Assembly (NCBI GenBank): GCA_964558645.1
Contig: CAZLEV010000002.1
Location: 64,001-128,000 of the forward strand
Length of the DNA stretch: 64,000 nucleotides
From: an uncultured archaeon
GTDB taxonomy: Archaea > Asgardarchaeota > Thorarchaeia > Thorarchaeales > Thorarchaeaceae
Direction of reading: 5' to 3'
Part shown: positions 57,708-64,000 of the stretch, piece after piece
Layout: every line of letters starts with the position of its first letter
Numbering within the stretch: position 1 is the first letter of the stretch
Notes under the pieces: model-generated
Told to the model about the DNA's origin: nothing
Database searches by the model: none
The model's input: the letters and a program-made list of their open reading frames with translations, nothing else
Program-made: the position numbers and the translations under genes

Positions 57708-58169
57708 TTGGTCGAATTGGATGAGGAGGGTACTGTGTCTCAAGATGAGATTGAGTCCGCCCTACGGGGAAAGACTCTGAGAGTGTACTGGTGGCTGCTG
57801 AGTCATCCGGATCCTCATAGCGGTCGCGAGGTCCAACGAGCACTTGGACTCTCAAGTCCCAGTCTGGCAATCTATCATATCGACAAGCTCAAGGAAATCG
57901 GCCTCGTGCGAACTGATAGGGATGGAATGCATCACGTATCGCGGGAGGTGAGTGCTGGCCTCCTGAAGTTCTTTGCCAATCTCGGCCGTTTCGTCTTCCC
58001 TCGCTATCTCTTCTACGCTCTCTTCTACACATCCTGTCTGTTGCTGATGCCCGTCCTCTTTCCCATCTACTTCAGCCCGGTCCTCATCATCTGCTATGTT
58101 GTATTGGGCTTCGGGGCCGTTTCCTCCTGGTACGAAACCGTCAGGACCTGGAGATACCAACCCTTCTAG
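57708..58169 (+). CDS. Membrane-anchored winged-helix transcription regulator
   Basis: LRGKTLRVYWWLL...GREVQRALGLSSPSLAIYHIDKLKEIGLV, then two TM helices. Confidence 0.8.
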   Translation: MVELDEEGTVSQDEIESALRGKTLRVYWWLLSHPDPHSGREVQRALGLSSPSLAIYHIDKLKEIGLVRTDRDGMHHVSREVSAGLLKFFANLGRFVFPRYLFYALFYTSCLLLMPVLFPIYFSPVLIICYVVLGFGAVSSWYETVRTWRYQPF

Positions 58170-58230
58170 TTCTTGTACAAGGCCTTACTAAACATAGGAT
58201 TATGAACATGATTGAGATTCTACCTGACTA

Positions 58231-59403
58231 GTGGTGAAGATGAAACGCAGGGGTTCTGGAGGTCTTGTTGTTGTCGTCATACTGGTCCTCATCTCAGCGA
58301 TATCAACATCGCAGGCTCAGGTAGAAATAGATGGGTTCTACTTCCGGATGAGCACCTATACGCCGGTGAATCAGACAGTTTTCGCATCACTGGTGGCGGA
58401 GGAGAGAGATTTGGCTGTGTATCCAGCAACGTATCAGATAGAGGAAATCCCGGTGTTCAAGATAATCGGGGACTACTCGAAGGATATTGAGGTTTCCGAG
58501 GAGGAGGCTGTGAACACATCAATGGAGTTTATGTCGCGATATCTTCCAGAGAACCTCACAGTAGGACTACGAGTTGCACTCCCCTATGAGGATTACTGGC
58601 CCGGCGCTCCACAACTCATTCTGGACTCTTGGCCCCGCTGGGGACTAACATTGCTTTCTGATTATCTTGAGGCATGGGTCTTCGTCAATGCCATTACGGG
58701 AACTGTTGTTGGTGCTCATCTCCACATTGGCAATTCAGTATTGGAATCTGCAGGGTTCTATCGAGATTCCCCACTGAGCAAGACTGAAGCAGAGCTGATT
58801 GTCAAGGATTTTCTCCTCCTGCAGAACTACACTCTTCCGCCCGATGCCTTCTATTCTGAGATTCCATGGGATATGCCAACAGGAAACAAGAGCTATACAT
58901 TTACTTACGGGATTGCCCTTTGCCAGTTCGTTCAGGGGGTACGCATTCCATGGGGAGAGATCTATGTCGGAGTCCAGTCAGACAGCGGGCTGGTAAGATC
59001 ATTCACCTACAAATGGATTGACATCCAGTCGATTTCACTGCAAGGGATAATCACTGAAGACGAGGCACGAAGTAGAGTCTTGGAAAGCCTTCCAGACCCT
59101 TCCATGGGAAACATCGTCGATTCGATACTTGAGCTGAGGACAAGTACAGTCAATTCCAGCGAAACCGCTTTCGAGATGACATTGGCATACGAGTTGACCC
59201 TTGTCACGACGTGGGGGACGAGATACGTGGTCGATGCCAATACAGGGGTCATCCTCAAGGCCGTTCCACTCTTGGGTGGAGGCCAAGATGTTCTGTTCTA
59301 TTCTCCCTATGCTAGAATCGTCTATCTGTTTGGGGGCTGTCTTGTCATTGCTCTGGCTGGAAATTGCATCGCCCGTCGTCGACTTCTTGTTAGGGAAGCG
59401 TGA
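58231..59403 (+). CDS. Secreted, C-terminally anchored protein with PepSY-like repeats
   Basis: Signal peptide (MKRR + hydrophobic + AQ), VFVNAITGTVV and YVVDANTGVIL motifs, C-terminal TM + RRR. Confidence 0.7.
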   Translation: MVKMKRRGSGGLVVVVILVLISAISTSQAQVEIDGFYFRMSTYTPVNQTVFASLVAEERDLAVYPATYQIEEIPVFKIIGDYSKDIEVSEEEAVNTSMEFMSRYLPENLTVGLRVALPYEDYWPGAPQLILDSWPRWGLTLLSDYLEAWVFVNAITGTVVGAHLHIGNSVLESAGFYRDSPLSKTEAELIVKDFLLLQNYTLPPDAFYSEIPWDMPTGNKSYTFTYGIALCQFVQGVRIPWGEIYVGVQSDSGLVRSFTYKWIDIQSISLQGIITEDEARSRVLESLPDPSMGNIVDSILELRTSTVNSSETAFEMTLAYELTLVTTWGTRYVVDANTGVILKAVPLLGGGQDVLFYSPYARIVYLFGGCLVIALAGNCIARRRLLVREA

Positions 59404-59437
59404 CAGAATCAGAAGCCTTCCAGACAGCAGAACGAGA

Positions 59438-59546
59438 TGGCGGGACCGTCAGGACTCGAACCTGAGACATCCAGCTCCGGAGGCTGGCGCCTTATGCGCA
59501 CCCCACCGGGGCGAACCCCGGCGGGCCCATACTAGACTACGGTCCC
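59438..59546 (-). tRNA. tRNA-Arg(CCG) with 31 nt D-loop intron, encoded CCA
   Basis: GGGACCG/CGGTCCC, CCAGC-CTCCGGA-GCTGG, TCAGG-TTCGAGT-CCTGA; intron GCCCGCCGGGG-TTCG-CCCCGGTGGGGTGCGC forms a BHB; TTTAAA box 25-30 nt upstream. Confidence 0.94.
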
Positions 59547-59611
59547 TACAGACCGGCTTCTCAGAAGTTCTTTAAAGATTTGCTCCCGACCGTCCCGACC
59601 CGACCACCACG

Positions 59612-60130
59612 CTACTCGGTGATGTACTCCTCGTTGATAAGCCACCAGGCCCCGCGCTTGCCCTGCACGATTCCGCGCTCGTAGGCCAGTATCGGCACGC
59701 CGATGACCCGCATGGCATTCTCGTTGAGCTTGTCGATGCGGTCCAGTATGGTGCGTCGTTTGTCCTCAGTACCCAGCAGTGCCTCGGAGAGTTCGGGGGT
59801 TGTGGCGCCGCCTTCTCGCATTATGTGAGCCATGATGTCACGTTCCAAGTCATCACGACAGATCTCTCGTTCTAGGGTCTCGTTCATCTTGCCATGGTAC
59901 AGGTCGGTCTCCTGCACGGACTCCAGATGCTCAACTCGGGCACGGAGCTCGGCCACCTCCTCGGAGAGCTCCAACACCACGGGAGGTATCTCCTGGTCCA
60001 GCCGCCAGAGGATGGCCTCGCGGATCCAGTGCTGTCTTCCTCGACTTCCGGCAACCTTGTCGATTCTCTCGAGCAAGTCCTCATCAAGGCGAATCCGAAT
60101 GCTTGTCTTGTCATCTTCACCGGGTGACAT
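59612..60130 (-). CDS. Ribbon-helix-helix plus winged-helix regulator
   Basis: TSIRIRLDEDLLERIDKV..RQHWIREAILWRL, a coiled coil, then wHTH (GATTPELSE...GAWWL). Start placed at 60130 (ORF track gives 60199). Confidence 0.75.
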   Translation of the reverse strand: MSPGEDDKTSIRIRLDEDLLERIDKVAGSRGRQHWIREAILWRLDQEIPPVVLELSEEVAELRARVEHLESVQETDLYHGKMNETLEREICRDDLERDIMAHIMREGGATTPELSEALLGTEDKRRTILDRIDKLNENAMRVIGVPILAYERGIVQGKRGAWWLINEEYITE

Positions 60131-60252
60131 GTCGCACCAATCTCCTGCACATCCATCTGGGGATGAACTAGACCCTGACATGGCAAAAAGGGTTGTCATG
60201 AAGAAATCCCGACACAGTTATAAAAGAACTTTCAAACCCTCACGCCGAAGCG

Positions 60253-60501
60253 ATGGGGTTAGCACACATGACCACCGAAAGAACTCTCGAACGAGAACTG
60301 GCACGCTTGCGGAAACGACAGAATCCCACGGTTGTTGATCTCAGACAGATGCGGAAGCTTCGCGCCGCTCATACCAAGTACTGGAAGAGAAAGAAGAGAG
60401 CAGTGAACCGAGGCGAAGAAGCAGTAGAAGTACCGAAGTCAGAGCCAAAGAAAGAGAAGAAGAAGGAGAAAGAGCCCGAACTCGAGGTTCTTGATGAGTG
60501 A
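60253..60501 (+). CDS. Small basic hypothetical protein
   Basis: K/R/E-rich 82 aa ORF with a TTATAAAA box upstream. Confidence 0.55.
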   Translation: MGLAHMTTERTLERELARLRKRQNPTVVDLRQMRKLRAAHTKYWKRKKRAVNRGEEAVEVPKSEPKKEKKKEKEPELEVLDE

Positions 60502-60637
60502 CTTCAACCGGCTAGTGGTCATCAACACCGAAGGCCAGAAGGGCCAAGGCATGGTATTTCGTGACAAGAGCAAGACTTAGGTAAGAGTCCGTGTCCGGTT
60601 ACACCGCCCTTTGTACTGACCGGGTCAGAAGAGAAGA

Positions 60638-61483
60638 TTGGTGTTCGGAATGACGACTCTGAAAGATATTGTAAACCACCTGAACCTGATTGCACCAGAG
60701 AGTTACACGTTTCGCGGTCTGGTGAATAGAGTTGAGATAGGCCCACAGACAGAGAAAGAACAAGACAACACAACAGTGAACCGTGTGTTGGTGGTCACAT
60801 ATCCCTCTGCCCGCGCTGTGACAAAGGCAACTCAAGAGAAAGCAAACCTCATGATATCGCACCATCCAATACTATCCCATCCAACCGACAGACTGGAGGG
60901 CAACAATCTCCTTAGAATCAGGCTACTCACTAAGAACTACATCTCCACATTCGTACTTCAGTCGCCCTGGGTAGCAGCGAGAAACGGTCTCACAGATGCC
61001 TTTGTCGGTGCGCTGGGGCTTGAAACTGAGAAAGACTTCGAGATTCCCGGTGACGTGTCGCCGCTGGTCCCCATCGGCCGAATATGCAGACCACCCAGTG
61101 TTATGAATCACTCAGGGTTCGTGAACTTCTGTGCAAGAAAGATGGAGAGCGAACAGGTTGTGTTCACGGGAGGTCTAGATCAGGATGTTGATAGAATACT
61201 CATCATTGCCGGGTCATCTGTTGATCGGAATGAGGTGAAAGAGGCAAAGAGACTGAACATCTCCACACTGGTCACAGGGGAGTTGACGCCTGAGGTGCGA
61301 TGGTTTGCAAAAGAACAAGATGTCAACACTCTTGAGCTAGGCAGTATCGTAACCGAGGAACCAGGGATGAGACAGCTGAAGGGATACTTGAGTCTGGAGT
61401 TTCCGGACCTGAAGATTGGGTTCTTCGCCTCGGAACCTATCGAAAGGGTCCTGAGACCGTATAGCAAGGATGTGGCCAAGTAG
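60638..61483 (+). CDS. Nif3-like (DUF34) protein
   Basis: IVNHLNLIAP, ANLMISHHP, PIGRI, LVTGE, TEEPGM. Confidence 0.85.
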   Translation: MVFGMTTLKDIVNHLNLIAPESYTFRGLVNRVEIGPQTEKEQDNTTVNRVLVVTYPSARAVTKATQEKANLMISHHPILSHPTDRLEGNNLLRIRLLTKNYISTFVLQSPWVAARNGLTDAFVGALGLETEKDFEIPGDVSPLVPIGRICRPPSVMNHSGFVNFCARKMESEQVVFTGGLDQDVDRILIIAGSSVDRNEVKEAKRLNISTLVTGELTPEVRWFAKEQDVNTLELGSIVTEEPGMRQLKGYLSLEFPDLKIGFFASEPIERVLRPYSKDVAK

Positions 61484-62371
61484 TCATTTCTTCGGCATCC
61501 GGATCAGGACTATGTTCTTGTTCGTGGAAACACCAACATGGTCTGCCACAGTCTCGCACTTTGTGCGCATGATATGGATGATAGGCACAGAGAGATCGAG
61601 TTCGGTGATTGATTCGTAGTTCCCCATGCCTTTTGCAACAATCAGATCTGTCGAGTAGAGCGCATCCTTGAATTCCTCAGAGTTCCGTTCGAGGTTCACG
61701 CCGATTGCAGCTGCACCTGTATCACGTACCTCATCTGCATATTGATCGAGGCCAACGGCTCTTGCATCCTCCATCGTTGCATCATTGAGAATAGGACCTC
61801 CCTTGACATAAGCGATGACGCGGGTGCCAAGATTCCTCATCTCTGAGATGAGTATCATGTCAAGGACTATCTCGCCAGCATTGTCCATCAAGTAGAGGGC
61901 TTCTGTGGCTTCTCTGCACAGCTTCCGGAATTCGTCCACCTGATCCACAGCTAGGTCCTGTTCTACATTGTCCAAGATATGTCTCAGCTCATCGAGACTG
62001 AACTCCCGTCCGGATACGTCGAATTCTATCGCGTTTGCTGCTGCAGCTATCAACGCGGCCCGTCGAAAACGTGCCTCCAACGAATTCTCCTCATCAAGTA
62101 GTCTCTGCAGATCGGGGAGAATGGTGAGCGCCATCTCATTTGACATGACCTTAAGATCAGCATAGGGATCCTTGCCCGTCATCCTCTGAACAAGCAGATC
62201 GCGGTCTGTGCCGATATGGCTGGGTACAGAGTCTTCATTCAAGTGTTCCCCGAGAAACTCAGTCATGGCCGCAATCACTCTCATCTGGAGTTCTGGATCA
62301 TCGGTGGCCAGCTTGACCTGCTTCACAGCTCGTTCCAAGAGGCAATGTGCGCACTGCAGAGATACCTTCAA
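61484..62371 (-). CDS. Damage-control phosphatase ARMT1/DUF89 family
   Basis: CAHCL, DPYADLK..SN, DNAGE, PILNDAT, AKGMGNYESI, TKC. Start placed at TTG 62371 (ORF track gives 62416). Confidence 0.92.
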   Translation of the reverse strand: MKVSLQCAHCLLERAVKQVKLATDDPELQMRVIAAMTEFLGEHLNEDSVPSHIGTDRDLLVQRMTGKDPYADLKVMSNEMALTILPDLQRLLDEENSLEARFRRAALIAAAANAIEFDVSGREFSLDELRHILDNVEQDLAVDQVDEFRKLCREATEALYLMDNAGEIVLDMILISEMRNLGTRVIAYVKGGPILNDATMEDARAVGLDQYADEVRDTGAAAIGVNLERNSEEFKDALYSTDLIVAKGMGNYESITELDLSVPIIHIMRTKCETVADHVGVSTNKNIVLIRMPKK

Positions 62372-62425
62372 CTCAATCGCCACTCGGTCGATGAACTGGC
62401 CCGTGAAAAATAGCACGGAAGAGGA

Positions 62426-63696
<1,271 letters not shown>

Positions 63697-63818
63697 TACA
63701 ATACATTCTCCTTACTCAAATGTCATATCTTCCGTCAATGTCACTGCATGTCGGTGAATACGCATTCGCCTATGGGATGGATGCTTCCCGGCATAGAAAA
63801 ACTTAGCTCAGTTGTACA

Positions 63819-64000
63819 CTACTGAGGAGAGGGTTGGACTTCAGAATTGGCCTCTAAATCAACGAGTTGCTCCAGCTGAGCAATGAGAGGGAGAGAGCTT
63901 GTCTGCCTCTTCTCGCCCCATAGTTCGTCAACAAGAAGGTCTCGAATCGCTATGCGAATCACTTCGCTTCGATTGGGGTACATGCCTTTCTTGATTAGTT
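63819..64000 (-). CDS. Ribbon-helix-helix regulator (CopG/CdrS-like), 5' end outside window
   Basis: Manual translation: LIKKGMYPNRSEVIRIAIRDLLVDELW...SPQ*. Confidence 0.8.
   Translation of the reverse strand, partial: LIKKGMYPNRSEVIRIAIRDLLVDELWGEKRQTSSLPLIAQLEQLVDLEANSEVQPSPQ

Noticed and set aside
56722-59437. Region between the two tRNA-Arg genes as a second integrated element
   Set aside because: Both tRNAs are complete, with their own TATA-like boxes and different T arms, and no mobility genes are present.

Overview
Archaeal chromosomal window, probably Asgard/Thorarchaeia-like. This is inferred from a PolB1-type polymerase, the nurA-herA-mre11-rad50 operon, archaeosine genes, archaeal TpiA and BHB-intron tRNAs. 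Positions 1-27.6 kb and 56.6-64 kb are mostly housekeeping: an intein-containing PolB that runs off the left edge, the DSB-repair operon, two GT-C glycosyltransferases, arcS/raSEA, an Hrq1-like helicase, thioredoxins, tpiA and two intron-containing tRNA-Arg genes. Positions 27642-56614 form a ~29 kb island at the 3' end of tRNA-Arg(GCG). It is cut into 1.7-15 kb segments by 4-5 direct copies of the tRNA 3' end (T-loop to CCA). I cannot recognise an integrase in it. Next to the tRNA is a 3-gene core: a membrane HerA/VirB4-like ATPase, a large acidic-HTH-LAGLIDADG-like protein and a double-wHTH-like protein. The last core gene recurs twice further out as progressively decayed copies. The cargo is mostly defence-like: a nuclease-APAZ + short prokaryotic Argonaute pair, AbiTii, HEPN proteins, PD-(D/E)XK nucleases, a Ski2 helicase-nuclease fusion, an HhH glycosylase and 4TM proteins. 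All calls are by eye from motifs; no database searches were run.
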